Source: Gemmatales bacterium
Lineage (GTDB): Bacteria; Planctomycetota; Planctomycetia; Gemmatales; HRBIN36
DNA: 64,000 nucleotides
Assembly: GCA_041640595.1 (NCBI GenBank)
Contig: JBEPZY010000003.1
Location: 572,342-636,341, forward strand
Direction: 5' to 3'
Shown: in pieces, positions 11,296 to 21,888 of the stretch
Numbering within the stretch: position 1 is the first letter of the stretch
How the letters are laid out: every line of letters begins with the position of its first letter
Position numbers and translations under genes: made by a program
The notes under the pieces: generated by a model
Told to the model about the DNA's origin: nothing
Databases searched by the model: none
Seen by the model: only the letters and a program-made list of their open reading frames with translations

Positions 11296-11727
11296 ATGTG
11301 GCAAGCCTTGTTGACTTCGCTCATCGGCGAGGACACCAGCGGGCTCATCCTCAGTCTCGGCAACGGCAACGAAATTGCTGTGCAACAAATCCTGCATGCC
11401 ACGGCGGAAGCGGTGGTTCTGCGTGGCCGCTGGGCCGGTTCTTCGGAATCAGGCTGGACGTTTCTGGTGCCGTGGAGCCAGATCGTATGCTGTGTATTTT
11501 CTCGTTCGCTGCCGGAGAAGTTGCAGCAGCAACTCGGCCTCCCGGCAGCCACGCCCACCAGTGATGTAAGTCCGGAAACGGCCACGCCAGTGGAAACCTC
11601 GTCTGCGCCGGCTACACTGTCTGCAACGCCCAGCGCCCCAGCAACAGCCCAGACTATTTCTCGGCCAACGCCCGACGACCGGCTCGAGCAATTGCGGCAA
11701 CGCCTTCGCCAACGCTTACAACAATAG
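11296..11727 (+). CDS. Hypothetical protein with Pro/Thr/Ser-rich linker
   Basis: AGGAG RBS before ATG. Fills the gap between folC and the DUF72 gene on the same strand. Confidence 0.6.
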   Translation: MWQALLTSLIGEDTSGLILSLGNGNEIAVQQILHATAEAVVLRGRWAGSSESGWTFLVPWSQIVCCVFSRSLPEKLQQQLGLPAATPTSDVSPETATPVETSSAPATLSATPSAPATAQTISRPTPDDRLEQLRQRLRQRLQQ

Positions 11728-11763
11728 TGGTACTTAGTATACTATACAGCGGCTGCTCCAAAG

Positions 11764-12582
11764 ATGATCGAGACCTGGATAGGCACTTCCGGTTATTCCT
11801 ATCAGGATTGGGTTGGCCCGTTCTATCCGCCGGGTACACCTCCGGGACGCATGCTTCGTTATTATGCCCAGCATTTTCCGCTGACCGAACTGAACTATAC
11901 TTTTTATCGCGTCCCCACGCCCGGGGAATTAGTGCACTTAGTCGAAAAAGCGCCCCGAGGATTTCGCTATCTGGTCAAGCTCTATCAATCACTCACCCAC
12001 GAACTAAGCAGCGACGATCTTGCGCCCTTCCGCGAAGCCGTGGATGCCATGGCGCAAACCGGCGCATTGCTCGGATTATTAGCGCAATTTCCGGAGCGAT
12101 TTCATAATACCAAAGCTAACCGGGCCTGGGTGGAAACGCTGCGAAGCTCGTTTTCAGGCCACACCCTGGCCGTGGAGTTTCGCCATTTTTCCTGGGATCG
12201 CGACACCATTCGCCGCTGGCTGCGCGAGCTCAACATTGTGCAGGTCTCCGTAGATGTGCCGCCTTTACCCACTATATTTCCCACTAAGCTGATCCTCACC
12301 GATTCCCTCTTATATTTGCGGCTGCATTCCCGGCGTGCGGAGACCTGGTACGCCGACGATAAGGCTCGCTATGATTATCTTTATAAGGACGAGGAATTAC
12401 TGGAGTGGGTGGAGGCCATGCGGCAAGCGCGACCCCGGCGTGCCTGGATTTTATTCAATAACTGCCAGCGGGGTCAGGCAGCGATCAATGCCCGCCGCAT
12501 GCAAGAACTATTGCGCCAATTCCCCCAGGATTTCGCGCTGGTTTCCCCTGCCCATGGCTCCGACAGCGGCTTATTTAGCTAA
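11764..12582 (+). CDS. DUF72 family protein
   Basis: WIGTSGYSYQDWVGPFYP, ELNYTFYR, AVEFRH, YLRLHSR and FNNC motifs. Confidence 0.9.
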   Translation: MIETWIGTSGYSYQDWVGPFYPPGTPPGRMLRYYAQHFPLTELNYTFYRVPTPGELVHLVEKAPRGFRYLVKLYQSLTHELSSDDLAPFREAVDAMAQTGALLGLLAQFPERFHNTKANRAWVETLRSSFSGHTLAVEFRHFSWDRDTIRRWLRELNIVQVSVDVPPLPTIFPTKLILTDSLLYLRLHSRRAETWYADDKARYDYLYKDEELLEWVEAMRQARPRRAWILFNNCQRGQAAINARRMQELLRQFPQDFALVSPAHGSDSGLFS

Positions 12583-12725
12583 ATGTTAGTGAGCCGACAC
12601 CGTCCGAAGCTCTCCCGCATATTACAGCACTACGCGGGCGGCAACCAGGTGGCCCTTTCTATAACAGGGAAATGGAAAGCTAAACTCCAACAACGTGCTG
12701 GATTCACAGAACTGATCAAGCATCT

Positions 12726-13121
12726 ATGAGCCTTGCCAACGATCCTGAAAAAGTGTCCGCATCTGGCGGGCGTTTCGTACTGCTTTATCATACCTGGCCG
12801 CAACCGCATTATGACTTGATGTTAGAATGGCAGGGTGTGCTGAAAACCTGGCGGCTGGCGGAACTGCCTTACCCTGGCATTCGCTTAACCATAGAGGCTA
12901 TCGGCGATCATCGCCTCGCCTATTTAGATTATGAGGGCCCTGTCTCTGGTAATCGCGGCGAAGTCCGACGCATAGATAGCGGTACCTATAACGGCGATCT
13001 AAGCATCAGGGATAGGCCAGTCCGTATCGTTATACATGGCCAGCGAATGCAGGGCACCTGGGAACTAAGTCCACTACCGGAAAGCGGGTTGTGGGAACTA
13101 TGCTGGTTGTCCGGTGAATAA
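12726..13121 (+). CDS. Stand-alone LigD N-terminal 3'-phosphoesterase-like protein
   Basis: RFVLLYH, HYDLMLE, LKTW and DHRLAYLDYEGPV resemble the LigD PE domain motifs. Confidence 0.72.
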   Translation: MSLANDPEKVSASGGRFVLLYHTWPQPHYDLMLEWQGVLKTWRLAELPYPGIRLTIEAIGDHRLAYLDYEGPVSGNRGEVRRIDSGTYNGDLSIRDRPVRIVIHGQRMQGTWELSPLPESGLWELCWLSGE

Positions 13122-13156
13122 TCGCCTATTATCAGGCCGCGACATGGCACGCTGCG

Positions 13157-13735
13157 TTATTTAGATACCAGTTCGGCCAGGAAGCGATCTACATCCGAAT
13201 ACTTGAACTGTCGGTCGGGATCGTCGCGGTCGAAGCGTCGCAGGAGCTTTCCTTCGCGGTCAAAGACGAGCACGATGGGAATACCTTTGATGTTCCACTG
13301 GTTCGTCCATTCATCGAAATCGAGCAGGAAATTAGGGAAATCGGCCTGCTGTTCACGGAGAAAGCTGAGGGCTTTCGGGGCGTCTTTAGGATCGTCAATG
13401 GTGACGGACATGACCACCACGCCCTTGTCGGCATACTTGCGATGCAAGGCAACCAGGTGCGGAAATTCCTGTCGGCACGGCAGACACCAGGTCGCCCAGG
13501 TATCCACAACGACGTACTTGCCGCGATACTCCGCGAGGGCTTTCTGCCATTCCGCCAACTTGACCGAACGGAGCTGAATCCGATCGGTTTCCTGGGGACT
13601 TTGTACCTGGGAAGTCGCACTGGAGGATGGAACGTCTCGGTTGCAGCCCAGCGGCATCAACAGCGTGATAAGCACCAGGCCTAACGCTGCTGGGAGCCGA
13701 TCTTTCTTCACCTGGACCGGTAGCTGGCGGGGCAT
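13157..13735 (-). CDS. TlpA/ResA-like thiol-disulfide oxidoreductase (probable lipoprotein)
   Basis: WATWCLPCRQE CxxC motif and cis-Pro GIP. Lipobox-like MPLGC. Confidence 0.9.
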   Translation of the reverse strand: MPRQLPVQVKKDRLPAALGLVLITLLMPLGCNRDVPSSSATSQVQSPQETDRIQLRSVKLAEWQKALAEYRGKYVVVDTWATWCLPCRQEFPHLVALHRKYADKGVVVMSVTIDDPKDAPKALSFLREQQADFPNFLLDFDEWTNQWNIKGIPIVLVFDREGKLLRRFDRDDPDRQFKYSDVDRFLAELVSK

Positions 13736-14006
13736 AGCAATCTCCTGATCGAAGAGAGCAATTGAAGGGGCAAGGATCGCACAAATCTGTCGGCCATGCA
13801 GGTCTTATTATTACGAAGCGGCGCGGCGGTTGGATCATGCTCACCCGTGATGGCTCATGTGCTGGGGAATTGCCGCCCGTGAAAAAGCTGGGAAAATAAC
13901 CTGCGGAAATGTCGGAACTGAATCCGGCTGGGAGGCATGGACTGTGTCAGGGGCTTGTCGGAGCGAATGATCAAATCGCTTCTGTACCGTTGTTGAGGAA
14001 GGAGCT

Positions 14007-17000
14007 ATGTCGGCAGAAACAATGCAGGCAACCGCCTGGCCCCGGGCGAAACGCTGGCCGTTCTGGATAAGTCTGGCGCTGGTGGCAGTGGTTGGAGCAG
14101 GGGCCAGCCTGTTCGCCGCCTGGGCAGTACGCAACCACGAGGAGGAAATGTTCTGGACGGAGTTTGAACAGCAATGTCGTGCCTGGGGCGAACCGGTCAA
14201 TTCGGCGGTGCAAGAATCGCTGGCGTTACTGGCCGGATTACAGGATTTGTTCTCAGCATCCGATCAGGTGGACACGGAGAAATTCCGGTACTTCGCCCTC
14301 CGTTCGTTGAACCGGCAGAAAGCACTGAAGTTAGTGGCCTGGGCAGCGGTAACAAGCGCAGAAGCCTGGCCGGACCTGCGTCAGCGTGCAATGCGGGATT
14401 GGGGTGTCGCCAGCCAATATCAGTTGCGGAATGCCCAGGGGCAGCCCTATGTCCCACGGTCGCCGCAGGAAAGCCTGTGTCCGGTCACTTTCGTGGAGCC
14501 AGCCGGGTTAGCGGACAAGTATTTGGGCGTGAATTTGGCCAGCTACACGGACTGGGACCAGGTTGTGAACAGCCTGAGGGATATGCAGGCGGTGGCAGAG
14601 TGGATTAGTGCTGCACCGGACTCGCCCGAAACGAGTCGGCAAAACATTATTTTCGCAGTCGCTGTGAAAACCGGCAGGATGGGCCGTTCACCGGTGCCTC
14701 AGAATATCCAGCAAGGTATCGTTCTGGTAGTGCTGGATGCCGAGCAATTGGTCGAGCAGTACCTTGGTGGCGGGGTGCCGGAGGAAGTGCAGGTGCGGCT
14801 TGTGGCCGAAGGAAGCGACATGCCACCTGCCCAGAACATCGTCTTGTACGAACGAGCCGCTGGCCAGGCTACCCTCGCTGCTCGATCGGCGGTCTATCCT
14901 CTGGAGACCCCGGACGACATCTGGCTGGAATTTACGCCGACGCAGCGCTATCTCGGTCAATGGGTGCCGTGGCGTTCCTGGACGACGCTGGCGGGCGGAC
15001 TGGTTTTGCTCGGTTTGCTGGAATTCTGGGCGGTTCTGGGATTACGCCACCGGGAGAAAATCGAGGCCATCATCCGCAAGCGAACGCAAGAATGGGAAGA
15101 GGCGCACCGCCATCTTGCCGAAGAAGCCCGTCGCCGCGCCGAAATGGCCGAGGAACTGTTCCGTCAGCAGCAACTCCTGTACGGTATCGTGGAAAACTCT
15201 CCGGCGGTCATTTACGCCAAAGATTCGCAGGGGCGTTACTTGTTCGTCAATAAACGATATTGCGAACTGTTCCAGGTGAAAGCGGAGGAAGTCGTGGGGC
15301 GTAGTGATGCGGAAATTTTTCCGCCCGAGTTCGCCGCACGCTTTCAGGAGAACGATCGGGCCGTGTTAGAGCACGGCCGGGCCCTGGAGTTTGAAGAATT
15401 CGCTCCCCATCCGGACGGTACCCATACCTACATCTCCGTGAAGTTTCCCGTGCGCGACGCTCAGGGCCGATACGTGGCTGTGTGTGGCATTTCTACAGAC
15501 ATAACCGACCGCAAACGTGCCGAATTGGCCCTCCGCGATTCCGAAGCGCTGTATCACTCCCTGGTGGAATGTGTACCGTTGTGCATCCTCCGTAAAGATC
15601 GGCAGGGGCGTTTTACCTTCGCCAATCAGAAATTTTGCCAGCTGCTGGGACGATCGGCCGAGGAAATCCTCGGCAAAACCGACTACGATTTCTTCCCAGC
15701 AGCGCTGGCAGACAAATACCGTCGCGATGATCAGCGGGTGCTCAGCACAGGCGAGGTCTTCGAGGACATCGAGGAACATCAAACACCCAGTGGCGAAAAG
15801 CTCTTCGTGCAGGTGCTCAAATCGCCGGTTCGGGATGCGTCCGGGCAGATCGTCGAGGTACAGTGCATGTTTATGGACGTAACGGATCGCAAACGGGCAG
15901 AGGAAGAGTTACGGCGTGCCCGGGAAGCAGCGGAAGCCGCTAATCGAGCCAAGAGCGATTTCCTGGCCAACATGAGCCACGAGATTCGCACGCCACTCAA
16001 CGCGATTATCGGCCTGACCGAATTGCTGTTGCAAACGCCCACCAACGCTCTGCAGCGCGAATATTTGCAGATGATTCTGGAGTCGGGCGAGTTGCTGCTG
16101 GCGCTCATCAACGATGTGCTGGATTTCTCGAAAATCGAAGCGGGGAAACTGTTACTCGAACGGCTGCCGTTCACCCTGCGTGAACAGGTGGGCGATACCG
16201 TGAAACTGCTGGCAGCGCGGGCCAGTCAAAAGGGGCTGGAACTCGCCCTCGATGTCGCCGCGGATGTGCCGGAAGTGGTGGTTGGCGATGCCGGGCGACT
16301 CCGGCAGGTGTTGCTGAATCTGCTGAGCAACGCCATCAAATTTACCCATCAGGGCGAGGTGGTTGTCGAGGTGCGTTGTTCCGAGCGCACGGAGTCGGAA
16401 TGCCTGCTGCAATTTTGTGTGCGGGATACGGGCATCGGTATTCCCCGCGATCAGCAGGAGCGGATTTTCCAGGCATTTGAGCAGGTGGACACGTCAACGG
16501 CGCGACGTTATGGTGGGACGGGACTGGGCCTGGCGATTGCTTCCCGGTTGGTGGCATTGATGGACGGGAAGATTTGGGTGGAGAGCGAGCCGGGTTGCGG
16601 CAGTGCTTTCTATTTCACCGCACGTCTGGGGATCGGCCCATCGGAAAAAGATGGCCGCGAAGAACAACTGGCGCGGTTACGCGGTTGGCGTGTGCTGGTG
16701 GTGGATGACAACGCTACCAACCGCACCGTCCTGCAGGCCATGCTCCGTAGCTGGCACCTGCAACCAGAAACAGCCAGCACCGCTGAGGAAGCCCTTCGGC
16801 TCCTGCAGGACGCCCGTCTGGCCGGGGTTCCTTTCCATCTCGTGATTACCGATGTCGCCATGCCGGGGATGGATGGCTTTCAGCTCGTCGAAGCGATCCG
16901 CCAGCAGGAGTCCTCTCCCCCGATCATTGTGATGCTCGCTTCCGCTCACTATGCGGACGACCTGGAACGGTCCCAAAAACTGGGAGTGGCCAGGTATCTC

Positions 17001-17945
17001 CTCAAGCCGGTCAAACACTCGGAGTTACTGGAAGCGGTGCTGAGTGTGTGCGCACCAGAGACCGCGGCTGCGAAAACAACCGACCAGGAGCGACCAGCCA
17101 CCAGCCAGGCGTTACCTCAACCGAAAGCAACCCGGAGCCTGCAAATCCTCCTGGTAGAAGATAGCCTGGTGAATCAACGGCTTATGCAGGGATTGCTGAG
17201 CTCCTGGGGCCACGAGATAATCGTTGCCGACAACGGTCCGCAAGCTCTGGAATACTTCGCCCGACGCCGCTTCGACCTGATCCTGATGGACATTCAAATG
17301 CCGGGCATGGACGGCTATGAGGTGATGCGGCGGATCCGTGCCTGGGAAAAACAGCACGGCGGACACGTGCCGATCCTGGCCATTACTGCGCGAGCCCTTC
17401 CCGACGATCACCAGAAATGTCTGGAAGCGGGAGCCGATGGATACCTGGCTAAACCCATTCGCGCCGCGGCCCTGGCGCGGGAAATCGAACGCGTTTTGGC
17501 ACCACCTTCCCCGGCGGAAACTGGCAGCGCACCGCAGCGGGATACATCGGTGGCTACTTCGGCAGAGCCACCGTCGGCCGTGAGCAGCTCGGCGGAATCT
17601 CTGGTTTCCTTGCAGGCAGCGCTGAGTATGACCCGCGGCGACCCGGCATTGTTAAGGCAGGTGGTGCAGGCGTTTCTTACGGAAGGCCCGCGTCTGCTGG
17701 CCGAGGCTGAACAAGCCCTGACCCAGCAACTCCCGGAAATTTTACAGCGCTGCGCGCATACCCTGGCCGGCAATCTTCGCCTGTTCGGCGCTGAGAAACC
17801 GGCAGCTGTTGCCTGCGATTTGCAACAGGCGGCTCAACAACGCCACTGGCCTCGCGCCATGGAATTAATCGAGCAACTACGCCCCTTGCTGCAGCAGGTC
17901 TTTCAGGAACTCGGGGGACTTACCGCGTCAGCCAATTCTCGATAG
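14007..17945 (+). CDS. Hybrid sensor histidine kinase (CHASE-like, 2xPAS, HisKA, HATPase, 2xREC, Hpt)
   Basis: Two TM segments, FLANMSHEIRTPLN H-box, NLLSNAIKFT, DTGIGI and GGTGLGL boxes, two receiver domains and a C-terminal AHTLAG Hpt. Confidence 0.95.
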   Translation: MSAETMQATAWPRAKRWPFWISLALVAVVGAGASLFAAWAVRNHEEEMFWTEFEQQCRAWGEPVNSAVQESLALLAGLQDLFSASDQVDTEKFRYFALRSLNRQKALKLVAWAAVTSAEAWPDLRQRAMRDWGVASQYQLRNAQGQPYVPRSPQESLCPVTFVEPAGLADKYLGVNLASYTDWDQVVNSLRDMQAVAEWISAAPDSPETSRQNIIFAVAVKTGRMGRSPVPQNIQQGIVLVVLDAEQLVEQYLGGGVPEEVQVRLVAEGSDMPPAQNIVLYERAAGQATLAARSAVYPLETPDDIWLEFTPTQRYLGQWVPWRSWTTLAGGLVLLGLLEFWAVLGLRHREKIEAIIRKRTQEWEEAHRHLAEEARRRAEMAEELFRQQQLLYGIVENSPAVIYAKDSQGRYLFVNKRYCELFQVKAEEVVGRSDAEIFPPEFAARFQENDRAVLEHGRALEFEEFAPHPDGTHTYISVKFPVRDAQGRYVAVCGISTDITDRKRAELALRDSEALYHSLVECVPLCILRKDRQGRFTFANQKFCQLLGRSAEEILGKTDYDFFPAALADKYRRDDQRVLSTGEVFEDIEEHQTPSGEKLFVQVLKSPVRDASGQIVEVQCMFMDVTDRKRAEEELRRAREAAEAANRAKSDFLANMSHEIRTPLNAIIGLTELLLQTPTNALQREYLQMILESGELLLALINDVLDFSKIEAGKLLLERLPFTLREQVGDTVKLLAARASQKGLELALDVAADVPEVVVGDAGRLRQVLLNLLSNAIKFTHQGEVVVEVRCSERTESECLLQFCVRDTGIGIPRDQQERIFQAFEQVDTSTARRYGGTGLGLAIASRLVALMDGKIWVESEPGCGSAFYFTARLGIGPSEKDGREEQLARLRGWRVLVVDDNATNRTVLQAMLRSWHLQPETASTAEEALRLLQDARLAGVPFHLVITDVAMPGMDGFQLVEAIRQQESSPPIIVMLASAHYADDLERSQKLGVARYLLKPVKHSELLEAVLSVCAPETAAAKTTDQERPATSQALPQPKATRSLQILLVEDSLVNQRLMQGLLSSWGHEIIVADNGPQALEYFARRRFDLILMDIQMPGMDGYEVMRRIRAWEKQHGGHVPILAITARALPDDHQKCLEAGADGYLAKPIRAAALAREIERVLAPPSPAETGSAPQRDTSVATSAEPPSAVSSSAESLVSLQAALSMTRGDPALLRQVVQAFLTEGPRLLAEAEQALTQQLPEILQRCAHTLAGNLRLFGAEKPAAVACDLQQAAQQRHWPRAMELIEQLRPLLQQVFQELGGLTASANSR

Positions 17946-17973
17946 CCTTTCCGGGACAGCGGGAGGAATCACC

Positions 17974-18873
17974 ATGAGCACCATTCTCATCGTGGATGAT
18001 GCCGCCACCGACCGAGTGCTGGTCAGCGGATTGTTACGGCAAGGGCTAGCATGTACCGTAACGGAAGCGGCGAGCGGACAGCAGGCCATCGAGCAGATTC
18101 GTCGGCAGTTGCCCGACCTGATTCTGACCGACCTGATTATGCCCGACATGAACGGTCTGGAACTGGTGGATTACGTTCGCCGGCACACTCCCGGCATTCC
18201 GGTCATTCTGATGACAGCTCACGGTAGCGAAGAGATCGCCATGCAGGCCCTTCAACGGGGGGCCGCCAGTTACGTCCCGAAAAAGCTCCTCGCCAGCGAT
18301 CTGCTGCCGACAGTCGAAAGTGTGCTCAGTCTGGCAACAGCTCGCCGGGAGCAGGATCGCCTCTTTGCCGAAAGCTGGGTCGCTTCTCGGACACATTTTC
18401 GCCTGCCGAACGACGTCACGCTCATTCCCCCGCTCATCGAATATGTCAGCCAGAACTTGTCCCGGCTACGCCTGTGCGATGAAACGGGCTTGATCCGCGT
18501 GGCGGTTGCTTTGCGGGAGGCTCTGGTCAATGCTATTTATCACGGCAACCTGGAAGTGAGTTCTGAGATTTGCGAACGGGATGAAACCGCCTATTACCGC
18601 CTTATCGAACAACGCCGACACCAGGAACCTTACTGCAACCGTGTGGTGGATTTCATCGCCGAGGAAACGCCCGGAGAAGCCCGCTACACTGTCCGCGACG
18701 AAGGACCGGGATTCGACCCGGCCAGCCTTCCCGATCCCACGGATCCCGCCAATCTGGAACGAACCTGCGGGCGAGGCTTATTGCTGATTCGCACCTTTAT
18801 GGACGAGGTGCGGCACAACGAACGCGGCAACGAAATCACCATGATCAAACGCCGCGAATCACCGCCGGTGTAG
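17974..18873 (+). CDS. Response regulator with C-terminal RsbW/SpoIIAB-like HATPase domain
   Basis: REC (ILIVDD, LTDLIMPDMNG), then EALVNAIYHGN, VRDEGPGFD and GRGLLLIRTFMDEV. Confidence 0.88.
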   Translation: MSTILIVDDAATDRVLVSGLLRQGLACTVTEAASGQQAIEQIRRQLPDLILTDLIMPDMNGLELVDYVRRHTPGIPVILMTAHGSEEIAMQALQRGAASYVPKKLLASDLLPTVESVLSLATARREQDRLFAESWVASRTHFRLPNDVTLIPPLIEYVSQNLSRLRLCDETGLIRVAVALREALVNAIYHGNLEVSSEICERDETAYYRLIEQRRHQEPYCNRVVDFIAEETPGEARYTVRDEGPGFDPASLPDPTDPANLERTCGRGLLLIRTFMDEVRHNERGNEITMIKRRESPPV

Positions 18874-19122
18874 CCTGTTTGCTCGGGCAGGAACGAAACT
18901 TTCGGTACGAACCCTGTCTTGTACCAACGCACAAAGGCTCCCAATGCACCTGTGAGTGGACGGTGTCCTCGTGCAAACGCATGACTTGTAGCAACGCGCA
19001 CGCTGGGCGAGATTAAGAATCTGGCTTTCGGCCAGGCGACCATTGTCCTGTGGAAGACTTGGAGCAGCTCAGGCAGGGTAAGTCAGCGAACCGGGTCGCT
19101 AACGATCGTGGCCAGCGTTGGC

Positions 19123-19935
19123 TTACGGAGCTTGCGACAACCAACGGCGGAACTGTTCCTGCGATGCGAATGCCGGGTCGGCTTGCACTGCCGAGCGTGC
19201 ATAGGAAGCGACCAGATCAGCGCGACCGACATGCTCCGCCATGAGGGCCAGGTAATAGTATGCGCGTGCCGGCCCCAAAGCGGCCTGGAGTTGCTGCTCG
19301 GCTTCCGGCCAGCGTTGTGCTCGCGCCAGCGCCAGACCGAGATGGGTGGCAAAGCGTGAGTTGTCCGGCTCTAATTGACAGGCACGTTGCAGACAACGGA
19401 TTTGCTCGTCCCAGCGCTGCTGGCTGCCGTAACACATGGCCAGTTCGTACCAGCCCGCGGCCAGCTTCGGCGATTTCTCAAGCAACTTTTTCAAAGAAGC
19501 GATAGCCTGGTCGGTCTGACCGAGCTTTTTGTAAACGCGGGCCTGACCGAGTTGGGCCACGTGATTGTCGGGCTCCTGTCGCAAAACCTGCCGATAGATT
19601 TGCAATGCCTGCTGATAATGATCGTAACGCTGATTGGGATCGCGGGTGGCATCGCCAGCTGCTTCGTAGCACCGCTGGGCCAGCAGGAGCAACGTTTCCG
19701 TTTTGGGCTGGCGGGGAGTATCGTCGGGCTTATGGAGCACAGTGGCGGGGAGGATTTCCGCGCTGCGCTCCGGTTGCGGCAACTCGCCACGCCAGTTGAC
19801 CGAAGCGTCCGCAGTCCGAACGGGGATCGGCGTGGCCGACATCCCGGGACTATCGAGCCGGGAACTGCTCAGGCAGCCAGTTCCCAGCAGGCACAAACCA
19901 ATTGCGAAAGGCACACCGGCCCACCGTGGGGCCAT
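19123..19935 (-). CDS. TPR-repeat lipoprotein (TadD/pilotin-like)
   Basis: Lipobox LLGTGC and several TPR helices. Last gene of the minus-strand tad cluster. Confidence 0.7.
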   Translation of the reverse strand: MAPRWAGVPFAIGLCLLGTGCLSSSRLDSPGMSATPIPVRTADASVNWRGELPQPERSAEILPATVLHKPDDTPRQPKTETLLLLAQRCYEAAGDATRDPNQRYDHYQQALQIYRQVLRQEPDNHVAQLGQARVYKKLGQTDQAIASLKKLLEKSPKLAAGWYELAMCYGSQQRWDEQIRCLQRACQLEPDNSRFATHLGLALARAQRWPEAEQQLQAALGPARAYYYLALMAEHVGRADLVASYARSAVQADPAFASQEQFRRWLSQAP

Positions 19936-20208
19936 GATTCGTCTTCCTCCCGGTAGCCGTTGGCATCCCGTCAGCTTCGCCGGCCGCGCTCAGCCTCGCC
20001 CGTCAACCATGACGCAAGCCGCAATGCTTACTGCGTCGTGGAACCCGCAGGAAATGGCTGCATGATCCGTTCGCGGGAAGCGTGGACGACGGGCCAACTG
20101 GTTACGTGAAAAGCCAAGTATCGCACACGTATGCGCCATCCTCGTGCAGGTGCCCGACTGGACTGGTAGCTTCGCTTCCCCAAGGGCCGAATGGGCGAGA
20201 ATAGGAGA

Positions 20209-21591
20209 TTAGTTGAACTCGCAAATAAAGGTGGCGGCTGCTTCGGCGATGAGCTCCCTGGTCAGATGCACCGGCTGTTTTCTAAATCGGCAGATCGCCT
20301 GTACGATCTCCAGTAAATCCCGGCAATCCGAGGCTCGTGGACTACGCCCGCGGGAGTAATAATGCTCATATAAGTAATCCACGGCTTCCGGGCAGAAATT
20401 CATCCCCAACCGTTTACATTGCAACTCGAAAATCTTTTCGTAAACCTCCCGCGAAGGAGCATCTATCGCCAGCTTGTGTCGGATTCGCCGCAGAAAAGCA
20501 TCATCCACCAGGTCGCGTGGGTCGAGGTTGGTGGAAAAAATGACCAGTTCCTCGAAGGGAACCTCGAATTTTTGACCACTGGCCAGCGTGAGAAAATCGT
20601 GGCGATCTTCCAGCGGGAGAATCCAGCGGTTCAGTAATTCGCGTGGGCTGACGAGCTGGCGACCGAAATCGTCAATGAGAAAAACACCGCCATTGGCTTT
20701 GACATGCAAGGGAGCCTGGTAATAGTTGCCCTCGGCGTTATAGCGGAGGTCGAGCATTTCCAGAGTGAGTTCTCCCCCGGTGATTACCACCGGTCGGCGC
20801 ACCTTAACCCAACGAGCGTCCAGGACGTTGTGGTTGAGCAATCGCCGCACGGTCGCTTCGGCGTCTTCGGCGCCACGGCTCAAATCGTCATCCACTCGCT
20901 GGTGGATGGTCGGATCGTAAACAGTGATAATGCTGTTTTCCGCGAAGAAAGCGTAGGGTACATAAATCGCACCGCCGGAATGGTTCAGAAAATCACCGAT
21001 GGCGCGGGCGATCGAGGTTTTGCCGTTGCCGGGCGGCCCGTAGATGAACAAAGATTTGCCGCTGACAATGGCCGGACCCAGCGCCTGAAACAACTCCTCC
21101 GGCACCACCAGATGGGAAAAAGCTTCCCGCAATGCTTCCGGCGTGCAGCGAATGCCCGTGACGGCCTGACGATAGGTCTGTTCGACATAATCGAGCAAAG
21201 GCACCGGAGCCGGGCCTACGTAGCTGCATAATTTCATGGCGTCCCGTGCCCGTTCCCGGCCCATATCCGTCAACGAGAAGCGGTAGGAAACCTCGCCAAT
21301 GAGATCGCCAGCTGTTACCTCGATGCACTTCTCCTTCTTCAAAAAAGCCAGCACTTCCTCCAGACAGCGGAAGGGCAAGCACAGAAAGCGTGCCAGTTCC
21401 AGACCGAGCATGCTGCCCCGTGTCAGCAGGGTGCGCAACACCAGATCGGCCAGAAACGCCAGAGGCAACCCCGTTTCCTCCAGGTTTCGCGGTGCACTGG
21501 GCGCTTCCGGCAGGTCGGAATTCTCCCATTCCAGTAACACACTCCGCGAAGAGGAAATCGGCAGTACCGAGGTCTGATTCAGGCCATGCAT
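20209..21591 (-). CDS. AAA+ ATPase
   Basis: Walker A GPPGNGKT, Walker B VFLIDDFG, sensor/Arg-finger region STNL...AFLRRI. Confidence 0.85.
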   Translation of the reverse strand: MHGLNQTSVLPISSSRSVLLEWENSDLPEAPSAPRNLEETGLPLAFLADLVLRTLLTRGSMLGLELARFLCLPFRCLEEVLAFLKKEKCIEVTAGDLIGEVSYRFSLTDMGRERARDAMKLCSYVGPAPVPLLDYVEQTYRQAVTGIRCTPEALREAFSHLVVPEELFQALGPAIVSGKSLFIYGPPGNGKTSIARAIGDFLNHSGGAIYVPYAFFAENSIITVYDPTIHQRVDDDLSRGAEDAEATVRRLLNHNVLDARWVKVRRPVVITGGELTLEMLDLRYNAEGNYYQAPLHVKANGGVFLIDDFGRQLVSPRELLNRWILPLEDRHDFLTLASGQKFEVPFEELVIFSTNLDPRDLVDDAFLRRIRHKLAIDAPSREVYEKIFELQCKRLGMNFCPEAVDYLYEHYYSRGRSPRASDCRDLLEIVQAICRFRKQPVHLTRELIAEAAATFICEFN

Positions 21592-21732
21592 GGCAGCTTA
21601 GCTCCTGGTGCGTTGTTGAGGGTCATCCTCTGTCGCTGAGGGAAGCCTTGCTCGTGTCGGTAGCCATCCCCGTCAGGAAAGCCCAGTCCATTTCGGCTCT
21701 TGCCTGTGAACGGGAATGGCGCGAGCAGGTTC

Positions 21733-21888
21733 TTACTTTTTGACCAGTACCCAGAGGGCGAGCAGGACGGCGATGGCACTTACCAGCACCAGCCGCTGCT
21801 GACTATGCAGCGCGTCCAGCGTCAATTGCCATTGCTCGTTGAGCCAGTTCGTCCACGAAGCCAGTAGAGCAGCGGTGTATCCTGCCAT
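21733..21888 (-). CDS. Small 51-aa membrane protein (not in the ORF track)
   Basis: My translation: MAGYTAALLASWTNWLNEQWQLTLDALHSQQRLVLVSAIAVLLALWVLVKK. AGGGAG RBS upstream. Co-oriented inside the tad cluster. Confidence 0.6.
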   Translation of the reverse strand: MAGYTAALLASWTNWLNEQWQLTLDALHSQQRLVLVSAIAVLLALWVLVKK

